A DNA stretch of 59,493 nucleotides, the filler included. It is 5 parts of 5 records of this genome, joined end to end, with 100 filler letters (N's around TTAATTAATTAA, not from the genome) between each part and the next. Parts side by side here need not be neighbours in the genome. Positions count along the whole stretch, not along the records: positions 14,972 to 43,807 come from DRR723986_31608; positions 43,908 to 50,104 come from DRR723986_31642; 3 more parts are not named here. One strand, 5' to 3'. Made by a program: the position numbers and the translations under genes. Below, piece by piece: positions 39,076 through 49,024 of the stretch (positions are counted from its first letter, which is position 1; every line of letters begins with the position of its first letter). The notes beneath the pieces are model-generated. The model saw nothing but the letters and a program-made list of their open reading frames with translations, made no database searches and was not told the DNA's origin.

Positions 39076-40348
39076 CAACTTTTGACTTAGAATGCCTATA
39101 GAACAGATACGATGCCACCAAGCCAATTATAGTGAATATTGCCATTATACCAAATGCGTGTTGTAAACCAATAGCACCAGGATTTGCGTCTAAAAAATAA
39201 CCCATTACTAAACCTGCAAAAATATCTGGCGTATATCCTACAATTGAAATAAAACCAACAGCTGTCCCTGTCACGGCTAATGGTATTTTAGCCTCTTCAA
39301 GCGTTGCGAAATAAAGTACTCTTGCTGAATAAACACCTAGTGCCATAGTGCCTATTGACAATACAAATAATAGAGTAGTAGAATCATCGAGAATTCCTAA
39401 ATAGAAAATAACACTCGTAAAGGTCATCAATAAAAAACCTATAATTATCCAAAGTGAAGCTTTAGTTCTATCTGCAAGTAATCCAATAATCACACCCATA
39501 ACCGGACGCATATAAAGCAAGGATGTTCCAACTCTAGCAGCTTCAATCTTATTGTATCCCATAACTTGTTCTGCATATTTGCTAAAAAGGTCTGTCATTT
39601 TATAACCATAATAAGCACATAAAATAATAATCATTAACAGCCAAACTGCTTTAAATTGCATAACTAGCTTAAAGTTCTCAATAGTCAATAATCTTGAAGG
39701 TTTTTCAGTTTCAATAGATTTAGCTTCTTGAAATTTTAAAAAGAAAAAGACAATTAAACCGACCAGCATCACTGCTATAGATGTATAGATAATCACTTCT
39801 TTAAAAGCGATTCGTCGTTCCTCTATTGATGTCAATTCTATATCTTTAGTTATAAATAGCGAGAAGATTATAACACCAACAGATCCGAAAAGCGCTGCAA
39901 CTAAACCGCGTCCGCCATCTAAAAACCCAAAAGCTATGCCTTGTTTGTTCGATCCGCCCCATATTCTAGTAGCTTTTATCATTGCTGCCCAAAACAAAAA
40001 TATAGTTGTGAATCCCCAAAAACCATAAAGTATGTGTAGGTTAAAAAGGTTTGGATATGAGGCCAAATAGAATCCGCCTAATCCGGTCAATAGTAGTGCC
40101 ACAGACATTATAATGTTTGGCTTAAATTTATCAGCTAATGGTCCTCCAAATAGATAGGATATTAATGCAACAGTTCCATAAGCAGCGAAACAACCACCTA
40201 AATCTGTATCTGATATATTGAAGGATTCTAAAAAAGTTGTTCTAAATATGCGCTGTAATACAAAGGGTAAAATAAATATAGCCTCTGCCGCTAATATTAA
40301 TAATATAATAACGTATAAAGGCTGTTTTTGATTTATGTTTTGTTGCAT
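39065..40348 (-). CDS. MFS transporter
   Basis: About 12 TM segments; GGPLADKF and GLLADRT MFS motif A. Confidence 0.9.
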   Translation of the reverse strand: MQQNINQKQPLYVIILLILAAEAIFILPFVLQRIFRTTFLESFNISDTDLGGCFAAYGTVALISYLFGGPLADKFKPNIIMSVALLLTGLGGFYLASYPNLFNLHILYGFWGFTTIFLFWAAMIKATRIWGGSNKQGIAFGFLDGGRGLVAALFGSVGVIIFSLFITKDIELTSIEERRIAFKEVIIYTSIAVMLVGLIVFFFLKFQEAKSIETEKPSRLLTIENFKLVMQFKAVWLLMIIILCAYYGYKMTDLFSKYAEQVMGYNKIEAARVGTSLLYMRPVMGVIIGLLADRTKASLWIIIGFLLMTFTSVIFYLGILDDSTTLLFVLSIGTMALGVYSARVLYFATLEEAKIPLAVTGTAVGFISIVGYTPDIFAGLVMGYFLDANPGAIGLQHAFGIMAIFTIIGLVASYLFYRHSKSKVVNS

Positions 40349-40349
40349 A

Positions 40350-41993
40350 TTATACTTGCAACACACCTAAATTGAAAGGTTTTTCAATAGGCGCATGGTT
40401 AGCAGCTTCAATACCCATACTAATCCATGTTCTTGTATCTAGCGGATCAATAATTCCATCTGTCCAAAGTCGTGCAGCAGCATAATATGGCGACACCTGA
40501 TTGTCGTATCTATCTTTTATTTTATTAAATAATTCTTCTTCCTTTTCTTTAGTCATAGTTTCGCCTTTCTTTTTAAGTGACGCAGTTTCAATTTGAAGTA
40601 AAACCTTTGCTGCAGAATTTCCGCTCATCACGGCTAATTCAGCACTTGGCCAAGCTACAATTAATCTTGGGTCATACGCTTTACCACACATGGCGTAGTT
40701 TCCGGCACCATAACTATTTCCTATAACTATGGTGAATTTTGGCACTACAGAGTTACTTACTGCATTAACCATTTTTGCGCCATCCTTAATAATGCCGCCA
40801 TGTTCAGATTTACTCCCTACCATAAAGCCAGTAACATCTTGTAAGAACACTAAGGGGATTTTCTTTTGATTACAATTGGCAATAAAGCGAGTCGCTTTAT
40901 CGGCAGAGTCATTATATATCACACCACCAAACTGCATTTCACTTGGTTTTGTTTTAGCTCCTTTAGTTTTCACGATTTGCCTTTGGTTAGCCACAATACC
41001 TACTGCCCAACCATCAATACGTGCATAACCAGTTATAATAGTTTGGCCATAACCCGCTTTATATTCTTCAAATTCAGAATTATCAACCAACCGTTTTATA
41101 ATATCATTCATATCGTATTGGTCAGCTCTACTTTTTGGTAGCATACCATAGATGTCTTCAGGATTTTCAGCAGGCTTTTTTGAGGCTATACGATTATATC
41201 CAGCTTTGTCGTAATCACCAATTTTATCAACGATATTTTTTATTTTATCTAAGGCATCTTTATCATCTTTTGCTTTGTAGTCAGTTACACCAGAAATTTC
41301 GCAATGAGTGGTTGCGCCACCAAGTGTTTCATTGTCTATGGTTTCACCAATGGCTGCTTTAACGAGATAACTACCTGCGAGGAATATGCTTCCTGTTTTA
41401 TCTACAATAAGAGCTTCATCACTCATAATAGGTAAATAGGCACCACCTGCAACACAACTTCCCATTACAGCAGCAATTTGGGTAATACCCATACTGCTCA
41501 TAACGGCATTATTTCTAAATATGCGACCAAAATGTTCCTTATCTGGGAAAATTTCGTCTTGCATAGGTAAAAACACACCAGCACTATCCACAAGATAAAT
41601 AATAGGCAATCTGTTTTCTATGGCTATTTCTTGAGCTCTTAAATTCTTTTTTCCGGTAATAGGGAACCAGGCTCCAGCCTTTACGGTTGCATCATTAGCA
41701 ACCACTATACACTGTTTTCCTTTTACATATCCTATTTTAATTACTACACCACCAGACGGACACCCACCATACTCAGGATACATATCTTCGCCGGCAAAAG
41801 CACCTATTTCAATAGATTTAGACTTTGGGTCGAGTAGGTAATCAATACGTTCTCTAGCCGTCATTTTCCCTTTGCTATGATGTTTCTCTATACTCTTTTC
41901 TCCTCCACCTAATTTAACTTTAGCGTAACGTTTTTTAAGTGCAGACAGTAAAAGCTTATTATGATCTTCGTTTTTATTGAATTTTATATCCAT
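40350..41993 (-). CDS. Acyl-CoA carboxylase carboxyltransferase (beta) subunit, methylcrotonyl-CoA carboxylase-like
   Basis: GKMTARERI, ANDATVKAG, GSCVAGGAY, GFMVG and SYGAGNYAMCG; start at ATG 41993. Confidence 0.92.
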   Translation of the reverse strand: MDIKFNKNEDHNKLLLSALKKRYAKVKLGGGEKSIEKHHSKGKMTARERIDYLLDPKSKSIEIGAFAGEDMYPEYGGCPSGGVVIKIGYVKGKQCIVVANDATVKAGAWFPITGKKNLRAQEIAIENRLPIIYLVDSAGVFLPMQDEIFPDKEHFGRIFRNNAVMSSMGITQIAAVMGSCVAGGAYLPIMSDEALIVDKTGSIFLAGSYLVKAAIGETIDNETLGGATTHCEISGVTDYKAKDDKDALDKIKNIVDKIGDYDKAGYNRIASKKPAENPEDIYGMLPKSRADQYDMNDIIKRLVDNSEFEEYKAGYGQTIITGYARIDGWAVGIVANQRQIVKTKGAKTKPSEMQFGGVIYNDSADKATRFIANCNQKKIPLVFLQDVTGFMVGSKSEHGGIIKDGAKMVNAVSNSVVPKFTIVIGNSYGAGNYAMCGKAYDPRLIVAWPSAELAVMSGNSAAKVLLQIETASLKKKGETMTKEKEEELFNKIKDRYDNQVSPYYAAARLWTDGIIDPLDTRTWISMGIEAANHAPIEKPFNLGVLQV

Positions 41994-42076
41994 CAATACA
42001 GAATTGTTTAGCACGAATTTACGAAAGATTACTTTTATAAATTAGAGCTATTTTCTAAATGAAACGTTAAATAAAT

Positions 42077-42127
42077 ATTACATGGAAATATATTCCTTGG
42101 AATATAAAAATATTATTCGTAGTTTTG
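42077..42127 (+). promoter_or_regulatory. Promoter of the doxX-FMN reductase-GNAT-marR operon with candidate MarR operators
   Basis: ATTACATGGAAAT and the inverted repeat TATATTCC-TT-GGAATATA (42089-42106); -7 element TAGTTTTG at 42120-42127. Confidence 0.6.
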
Positions 42128-42146
42128 TCTCAACAAATATCATAAT

Positions 42147-42500
42147 ATGAAAAGAGATAAAATTATATATTACGTTTCTACGGTACTTTTAACAGCCTTT
42201 ATGCTTTTCTCAGTAAGTATGTATTTTTTTAAGCATGACATGATTAAAGAAGCTTTTACAAGTTTTTGATATCCAACCTATTTAATTTACCCTTATGCCA
42301 TTGCAAAACTGATTGGTATAGCGGTGTTGTGGTTACCAGGACTTAAAACATTAAAGGAATGGGCTTATTCAGGCTTCTTCTTTGCATTTATACTCGCATT
42401 TTTTGCGCATTATATGATTAATGACGGTGAACATATGGGAGCTCTTATGGCCTTAATCTTGTTAATGATTTCGTATGTGTTTTACAGAAGAATTAAATAA
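42147..42500 (+). pseudogene. DoxX-family membrane protein with in-frame TGA at codon 41 (42267-42269)
   Basis: Manual translation MKRDKIIYYVST...AFTSF*YPTYLIYPYAIAKLIG...LKEWAYSGFFF...AH...GE. The family normally has GYP here, so GGA>TGA is likely. Absent from the ORF track. Confidence 0.8.
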
Positions 42501-42509
42501 AACTATAAC

Positions 42510-43040
42510 ATGAAAAAAATAATAGCATTAGCTGGTAGTATCAGCAGTAATTCAATTAATAAACAATTGGCAACCTATGCATCTAGCTTAGTTAGCGATG
42601 TAGAAGTTAAAATTTTAGATCTCAATGACTATGAAATGCCGCTTTATAGTGCAGACAGAGAAAATGAATCAGGTCAGCCACAGCAAGCCATAGATTTCGT
42701 TGATGAAATAAAAAATACGGACGGAATTGTATTAGCATTAGCAGAATATAATGGTGCCTATTCTGGCGCATTTAAAAACCTATTCGATTGGGCATCTAGA
42801 GTAGAGGCTAAAACGTTTCTAGGCAAGCCAATGCTTTTAATGGCGACCTCGCCTGGAGGACGCGGTGGACAATCTGTTTTAGATATTGCTTCAGATCGTT
42901 TTCCAAGACACGATGCTAACATCGTTGGTAAGTTTTCATTACCATCGTTCTACGATAATTTCAAAGAACATAAAATTGTTAATGAAAGCTTGAATAGCAC
43001 ATTAATAGAAGAAGTAAAACAATTTGAAGACAGTTTGTGA
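42510..43040 (+). CDS. NADPH-dependent FMN reductase (flavodoxin-like)
   Basis: LAGSISSNSIN, AEYNGAYSGAFKNLFDW and ATSPGGRGG. Confidence 0.92.
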   Translation: MKKIIALAGSISSNSINKQLATYASSLVSDVEVKILDLNDYEMPLYSADRENESGQPQQAIDFVDEIKNTDGIVLALAEYNGAYSGAFKNLFDWASRVEAKTFLGKPMLLMATSPGGRGGQSVLDIASDRFPRHDANIVGKFSLPSFYDNFKEHKIVNESLNSTLIEEVKQFEDSL

Positions 43041-43042
43041 TT

Positions 43043-43324
43043 ATGAAAATACAACAAACGGTTACTAAAAATAAAGGCGAATTCTTTTACGAAGTAGAAG
43101 GTGAAAAACTTGGACTAATGACTTACAGTTATGCGGGTAACGATAAGATTATTATTGATCATATCGAAGTAGATCCTTCATTAAAAGGTCAAGGAGTAGG
43201 TTATAAACTTGTTGAAGCCTCTGTACTTTACGCTAGAGAGAATAATTTAAAGATAATGCCACTTTGTCCATTTGCTAATGCAGTATTTAATAAGAAAGCT
43301 GAATATAACGATGTAAGATTTTAA
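43043..43324 (+). CDS. YjdJ-like small GNAT acetyltransferase
   Basis: IIDHIEVDPSLKGQGVG...KIMPLCPFA. Confidence 0.88.
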   Translation: MKIQQTVTKNKGEFFYEVEGEKLGLMTYSYAGNDKIIIDHIEVDPSLKGQGVGYKLVEASVLYARENNLKIMPLCPFANAVFNKKAEYNDVRF

Positions 43325-43325
43325 T

Positions 43326-43763
43326 ATGGGGGATTTAGCAAAAGAAATCAATTCAACATTTCCAAATAATCGAGGTAAAGCATTGTTGAATATTATTTAT
43401 ACAGCAAACTGGATTACGAGTTGCCAAAATGAATTCTTTAAGGAGTTTGGAATATCACCACAGCAGTATAACATATTAAGAATACTAAGAGGTGCAAACG
43501 AACCACTCAAAGTGCAAACTATTAAAGAGAGAATGATAGAGCGCTCACCTAATGCAACACGCCTCATGGATAAGCTGTGTGCAAAGAATTACATTGAACG
43601 TTTACCATCAGAGAATGACAGACGCGTTGTAAAGATTGTAATAACTAAAGAGGGTAGGGATTTATTAGATTCTATACCTAACAATTTAAATAAAGATTTA
43701 CTCAAAAATCTATCAGAAGAAGATGCTAAACAATTGAGTGATCTATTAGATAAAATGCGATAA
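43326..43763 (+). CDS. MarR-family transcriptional regulator
   Basis: GISPQQYNILRILRG, NATRLMDKL and DRRVVKIVITKEG winged helix. Confidence 0.92.
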   Translation: MGDLAKEINSTFPNNRGKALLNIIYTANWITSCQNEFFKEFGISPQQYNILRILRGANEPLKVQTIKERMIERSPNATRLMDKLCAKNYIERLPSENDRRVVKIVITKEGRDLLDSIPNNLNKDLLKNLSEEDAKQLSDLLDKMR

Positions 43764-43777
43764 GCATTTTTTTAACT

Positions 43778-43801
43778 AAATATTTTCCATGGAAAATATT
43801 T
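43778..43801. promoter_or_regulatory. Perfect 24-bp palindrome, candidate MarR operator for the next gene
   Basis: AAATATTTTCCATGGAAAATATTT shares the TTCC(A/T)TGGAA core with 42089-42106. Confidence 0.6.
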
Positions 43802-43807
43802 TTTATA

Positions 43808-43907
43808 NNNNNNNNNNNNNNNNNNNNNNNNNNNNNNNNNNNNNNNNNNNNTTAATTAATTAANNNNNNNNNNNNNNNNNNNNNNNNNNNNNNNNNNNNN
43901 NNNNNNN
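43808..43907. other. Artificial contig spacer
   Basis: 44 N + TTAATTAATTAA + 44 N. Confidence 0.98.
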
Positions 43908-44967
43908 CTTCAAGGACTTCGCCATGCAGCTGATCGGTCAGTTGTTTCAAGCGTCGCTTTCCCGGTCCGGCAAGCGGGTGACAATCGTCGGCGCGACCAG
44001 CGGTGATACCGGGTCCGCGGCTATGGAAGCGTTCCGCGGCCTCGACAATGTCGATGTGTTCATCCTGTTTCCCCATGGTCGCGTCAGCGATGTGCAGCGC
44101 CGCCAGATGACGACCGTGAGCGAGACAAACGCCCACGCCCTCGCTCTGACCGGCGATTTCGACGATTGCCAGGCGCGGCTGAAGGACATGTTCAACGACC
44201 ATGCCTTTAGGGACGAGGTGGCGCTTGCGGGCGTGAACTCGATCAACTGGGCGCGGGTGCTGGCGCAGGTTGTATATTACTTCACCGCTGCCGTGTCGCT
44301 TGGCGCGCCGCATCGCCCCGTCAGCTTCACCGTGCCCACGGGCAATTTCGGCGACATCTTCGCGGGCTATATCGCCAAGCGCATGGGCCTGCCGATTGAA
44401 CAGCTGGTGATCGCCACCAACCAGAACGACATTCTACACCGGGCCATGTCCGGCGGGTCCTATGAGACCCATGGCGTCACGCCCTCTATCAGCCCGTCGA
44501 TGGATATCCAGGTGTCCTCCAACTTCGAACGCGCGCTGTTTGATGTCTATGACCGCGATGGCGGTGCCGTCGCGCAGCTGATGGACGAGCTGAAGGGGCA
44601 GGGCGGGTTCAAGATTTCCCAAGGCGCGCTGGAACGGCTGCGCGGGCTCTTTGCGTCTGGTCGCTGTTCGGAAGACGAAACGCTGGCCATGATTACCCGC
44701 GCCAATGCCCAGATGGGTGAGCTTCTGTGCCCGCACAGCGCCGTTGGTGTCCATGTCGCGCAAGATCACCTTGGCACCACCCCGATGATCACGCTGGCCA
44801 CTGCGCATCCCGCGAAATTCCCCGATGCCGTCGAAAAAGCCAGCGGCATCCGCCCCGGACTGCCCGCGCGTATGGCCGATCTTTTTGATCGGGAAGAACG
44901 CGTGACCCGCGTCGAAAATGATCTGGCCGCGCTTCAGGCCCTCGTCCGGAAGGAGCGCGCCGCTTGA
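43908..44967 (+). CDS. thrC: Threonine synthase, 5'-truncated
   Basis: Begins at the FKD PLP-lysine motif; ATSGDTG, NSINWAR, VPTGNFG, SPSMDI and TAHPAKF. Confidence 0.95.
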
Positions 44968-46226
44968 CCGTTCAACTTCACACGCTGGCAAACGGCATGC
45001 GCATCGTGACCGAATACATGCCGGGCCTGCAATCGGCAGCCGTTGGTGTCTGGGTCAATGCGGGCGGGCGGCATGAACTGCCCGAACAGAACGGCATTGC
45101 CCATTTCCTCGAGCATATGGCCTTCAAGGGCACCAAGCGCCGGTCAGCCCTTCAGATCGCTGAGGAAATCGAGGATGTGGGCGGCTATATCAACGCCTAT
45201 ACCAGCCGCGAGGTGACGGCCTATTACGCCCGCGTCCTGAAGGATGACGTGCCGCTGGCGATGGACCTGATTTCCGATATCCTGCTGAACCCGGTGTTCG
45301 ACCCGCGAGAGATCGAGGTGGAACGCGGCGTGATCCTGCAAGAGATCGGGCAGGCGCTGGACACGCCCGACGATATCATCTTCGACTGGCTGCAAGAGGT
45401 GGCTTACCCCGAACAACCGCTTGGCCGAACCATCCTTGGCCCGGTGGAGCGGGTGAAATCCTTCGACAAGGCGGATCTGAAACGGTTCGTGGCCGAACAT
45501 TACGGGCCGGGACAGATGATCCTCTCTGCGGCCGGGGCCGTGGATCATGCGGAAATCGTGCGACTGGCCGAGGCGACTTTTGGCCATCTGCCTGCGGTCA
45601 AGGTCTCCACCGCGTTGCCGGGCGTGTTCCATGGTGGCGAACGGCGTGAAGTAAAGCAGCTGGAACAGGCGCATTTTACGCTGGCGCTTGAGGCCCCCGG
45701 CTATCGGTCCGACGACATCTACACCGCGCAGATCTATGCGACCGCGCTTGGCGGCGGCATGTCCTCGCGGCTGTTTCAGGAAGTCCGTGAAAAGCGGGGG
45801 CTGTGCTACACGATCTATTCCCAGGTCGGTGCCTATGACGATACCGGGATGCTGACGATCTATGCCGGTACAGGCGGTGAGGATCTGGCGGCGTTGTCGG
45901 ACCTGACCATCGAGGAAGTGCGCCGGTCTGTTGACGGGCTGACCGAGGCGGAAATCGACCGTGCCCGCGCACAGATGAAGGCGGGGATGCTGATGGGGCT
46001 GGAAAGCCCATCCGCGCGGGCCGAACGGCTGGCGCGGCTGGTGGCGATCTGGGACCGGGTGCCGCCGCTTCAGGAAAGCATTGACCGGATCGACGCAGTC
46101 GACCGCGCCGCCGTGCGCGACCATGCCGCCGCATTGGTCAGTTCGGGGCAGGCGGCTTTGGCGCTTTATGGACCCGTTGATCGCGGTCCCCGCGTTGCGG
46201 AATTGGTGGAGCGTCTGGCCGCCTGA
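44964..46226 (+). CDS. M16 (pitrilysin) family zinc peptidase
   Basis: HFLEH inverted zinc motif, NAYTS and GGGMSSRLFQEVRE; TTG start overlaps the thrC stop. Confidence 0.93.
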   Translation: MTVQLHTLANGMRIVTEYMPGLQSAAVGVWVNAGGRHELPEQNGIAHFLEHMAFKGTKRRSALQIAEEIEDVGGYINAYTSREVTAYYARVLKDDVPLAMDLISDILLNPVFDPREIEVERGVILQEIGQALDTPDDIIFDWLQEVAYPEQPLGRTILGPVERVKSFDKADLKRFVAEHYGPGQMILSAAGAVDHAEIVRLAEATFGHLPAVKVSTALPGVFHGGERREVKQLEQAHFTLALEAPGYRSDDIYTAQIYATALGGGMSSRLFQEVREKRGLCYTIYSQVGAYDDTGMLTIYAGTGGEDLAALSDLTIEEVRRSVDGLTEAEIDRARAQMKAGMLMGLESPSARAERLARLVAIWDRVPPLQESIDRIDAVDRAAVRDHAAALVSSGQAALALYGPVDRGPRVAELVERLAA

Positions 46227-46810
46227 TGATTGCCCGCAAGAAGAGACTCCGCATTGAAACCGAGCGCATGAGCCTGCGCCTGCCGGTTCATTCGGATTAT
46301 CGGGCCTGGGCCAGTCTGCGCGACCATTCTGCTGCGTTCCTGAAACCTTGGGAACCCACCTGGGCCGCTGATCATCTGACCCGCAAGAGCTTTACCAACC
46401 GGGTCTATTGGGCGCAGCGGTCCATGGGCAATGGCAGCGCGGTGCCTCTTTTTTTGATCCGCCGGGCCGATGACGCGCTTGTCGGGGCGATCACGCTGGA
46501 CAATATCCGCCGCGGGCCTGCACAGGCGGGCACGCTCGGCTATTGGATCGGCGCGGCGCACCAGCGGCAGGGCTACATGCTGGAGGCGATCGAGGCCGTC
46601 GCCCATTACGCCTTTCGCGATCTGGATCTCAGCCGGTTGGAAGCCGCCTGCCTGCCCGAGAACGCGCCCTCGCGCGGGGTGCTGGAAAAGGCGGGTTTCA
46701 AATACGAAGGCGTCGCGCAAAGCTATCTTCAGATCAACGGACGCTGGCGCAATCACGTTCTCTACGCCATGCTTCGTCATGACCGACGCGGACGGTCCGA
46801 CGCAGGCTAG
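46226..46810 (+). CDS. RimJ/RimL-family GNAT acetyltransferase
   Basis: FLKPWEP, LGYWIG, QRQGYM and NAPSRGVLEKAGF; conserved thrC-M16-rimJ order in alphaproteobacteria. Confidence 0.88.
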   Translation: MIARKKRLRIETERMSLRLPVHSDYRAWASLRDHSAAFLKPWEPTWAADHLTRKSFTNRVYWAQRSMGNGSAVPLFLIRRADDALVGAITLDNIRRGPAQAGTLGYWIGAAHQRQGYMLEAIEAVAHYAFRDLDLSRLEAACLPENAPSRGVLEKAGFKYEGVAQSYLQINGRWRNHVLYAMLRHDRRGRSDAG

Positions 46811-46819
46811 GGGGCGGTG

Positions 46820-47353
46820 ATGACACGTTATGTGGCGCTTCTGAGGGGGGTGAATGTGGGCGGCAGGAACAGGCTGCTCATGGCCGACTGGAAGGCGCTG
46901 CTGGCGGCAAGGGGATGGACCCGTGTTGCGACCTATATTCAAAGCGGCAATGCCGTGTTTGATGCGGATAAAACGCCCCAGACCCTGACATCGCAGATCA
47001 CCGATGACATCAAGGCCAGCTTCGGCTTTGCCCCCGGCTGTTGCGTGCTGAGGGCAAGCGATCTGGACGCCGCCCTTGCCGCGAACCCGTTTCCAAAGGC
47101 GCTTGACGCCCCCAAGACCCTGCATCTGGTCTTTCTGCGCGGGGCCGCGACGCTGGACAGGGACGCAGCGATTGCGGCCTGCACCGCCGGTGAGGCATTC
47201 CATCTGGGTGACGGGGTGTTTTATCTTCACACGCCGAACGGCTTTGGCCGGTCCAAACTGGCCGAACGGCTGGATCGGGTGCTGAGCGCCGATCTGCTGA
47301 CGGCCCGCAACCTGTCAAGCTGCCTCAAACTACAGGAGATGGCCCGCGCATGA
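46820..47353 (+). CDS. DUF1697 domain protein
   Basis: YVALLRGVNVGG, TYIQSGN and TARN. Confidence 0.88.
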   Translation: MTRYVALLRGVNVGGRNRLLMADWKALLAARGWTRVATYIQSGNAVFDADKTPQTLTSQITDDIKASFGFAPGCCVLRASDLDAALAANPFPKALDAPKTLHLVFLRGAATLDRDAAIAACTAGEAFHLGDGVFYLHTPNGFGRSKLAERLDRVLSADLLTARNLSSCLKLQEMARA

Positions 47354-48792
47354 CCACCCTTGCCCTTGCCCCTGCCGATTCCGGTTTCCTGACCCGGCTT
47401 GCCGCTGATCTGCCCGATGGAGTGCTGAGCGAGCCAGAGCCGCGATATCTGTCGGAACCGCGCGGCTTGTATCACGGGCAGGCCGGGGCACTGGCGCGTC
47501 CCCGCAGCACGCAGGATGTCGCCACCCTGATCCGCCACGCCGCCACCGCGCGGGTGCCTGTTGTGCCCTATGGTGGCGGAACCGGGCTGGTTGGCGGGCA
47601 GGTGGGGTGGGACATGCCCGCGCCGCTGGTCATCAGTCTGGAACGCATGACCGCCACCCGCGCCCTGGACCCGCTGGCAGGCACCCTGACGGTGGAGGCC
47701 GGCGCGATCCTGGCCGATGTGCAGGCGGAGGCAGAGGAGGCGGGCAAGCTCTTCCCCCTGTCGCTGGCCAGCGAGGGGTCCGCCCGGATCGGCGGGTTGC
47801 TGTCGACCAATGCGGGCGGCGTCAATGTGTTGCGCTATGGCAATGCCCGCGATCTGGTGTTGGGGGTCGAGGCAGTGCTGCCTTCGGGCGAGGTGATGCA
47901 TGGGCTCAAGGGCCTCAGGAAAGACAATCTGGGATACGATCTGCGGCATCTGCTGATCGGGGCGGAAGGCACGCTTGGCATCATCACGGCGGCCTGCCTG
48001 CGGCTGGTGCCGCGGCCCGCCGATCAGGCCACCGCGCTGATGGTGGTCAATTCCCCCGCCGACGCTCTGCGCCTGCTGGATATGGCGCGCGATCTGGTGG
48101 GCGACGGGTTGTCTGCCTTCGAACTGATTGCCAAAGCGGGGCTGGAATTCTTCGAAGAGGTCGGACCGGAGATCCGCCAACCCTTCGCGGATAAACCCGA
48201 CTGGATGTGCCTGATTGATCTGGGCCTGTCGAAAGGCCAAAGCGCCGGTGAGGCGCTGATGACGCTCTTTGAGGTCGCCGCCGAGGCGGGGCTGGTCCAT
48301 GACGGATTGATCTCGCTGTCAGAAGCGCAGCGGCAGGAATTCTGGGCGATCCGGGAATCGATCCCGGAGGCGAACAAACGGGTGGGGGCAATCTCCAGCC
48401 ACGACATTTCGGTTCCCATCGGGTCGATCCCGGCGTTCCTTGAAGAAGCCCCGCGCCGGTTGGCGCATCTGGGGCCTGTGCGGATCAACGGGTTCGGCCA
48501 TCTGGGGGATGGCAACCTGCACTACAACATCTTCCCGCCCAAGGGTGAGGCGCGCGCCAACTGGCTGGACAGGCGCGACGAGGTCAAGCACCTGACCCAC
48601 GATCTGGTGGCCGAAATGGGCGGTTCGGTTTCTGCCGAACACGGGGTCGGGCGGATGAAAGTGGCTGATCTGGAACGCTATGGTGACCCTGCCGGGCTTA
48701 GCGCGATGCGGGCAATCAAGGCGGCGCTGGACCCTGTCGGCATCATGAATCCCGGTGCGGTTCTGCGCCCGGGGACTGCCCCGAAGGGGTGA
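47350..48792 (+). CDS. FAD-binding oxidoreductase (D-2-hydroxyacid dehydrogenase-like)
   Basis: GGGTGLVGG, TNAGG, GAEGTLGIIT, GHLGDGNLH, SAEHGVG and MNPG. Confidence 0.92.
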   Translation: MTTLALAPADSGFLTRLAADLPDGVLSEPEPRYLSEPRGLYHGQAGALARPRSTQDVATLIRHAATARVPVVPYGGGTGLVGGQVGWDMPAPLVISLERMTATRALDPLAGTLTVEAGAILADVQAEAEEAGKLFPLSLASEGSARIGGLLSTNAGGVNVLRYGNARDLVLGVEAVLPSGEVMHGLKGLRKDNLGYDLRHLLIGAEGTLGIITAACLRLVPRPADQATALMVVNSPADALRLLDMARDLVGDGLSAFELIAKAGLEFFEEVGPEIRQPFADKPDWMCLIDLGLSKGQSAGEALMTLFEVAAEAGLVHDGLISLSEAQRQEFWAIRESIPEANKRVGAISSHDISVPIGSIPAFLEEAPRRLAHLGPVRINGFGHLGDGNLHYNIFPPKGEARANWLDRRDEVKHLTHDLVAEMGGSVSAEHGVGRMKVADLERYGDPAGLSAMRAIKAALDPVGIMNPGAVLRPGTAPKG

Positions 48793-48819
48793 CGCCCCGT
48801 CGGGGGGTGACGGGGCGTC
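48791..48819. terminator. GC-rich hairpin after the oxidoreductase
   Basis: GACGCCCCGTC-N7-GACGGGGCGTC, an 11-bp perfect stem without a clear U-tract. Confidence 0.45.
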
Positions 48820-49024
48820 CTGGGGTCTTGAGTTAGCAAGCAACAATGTTCGTGAGTGACGAACACCCCCATCTAACCGGCCAATGGTTAAGCAATGGTA
48901 AAGCGCCCGCGAATTTTTCCCTGCGCATCCTGGGGCGGGGATTTGCGGCAGATCAAGGCGCCGCGCCGTTGCCTCTGGCTATGCTTATCGGAACACAGGC
49001 CGCAACGGACAAGGGTTTGCCCAG

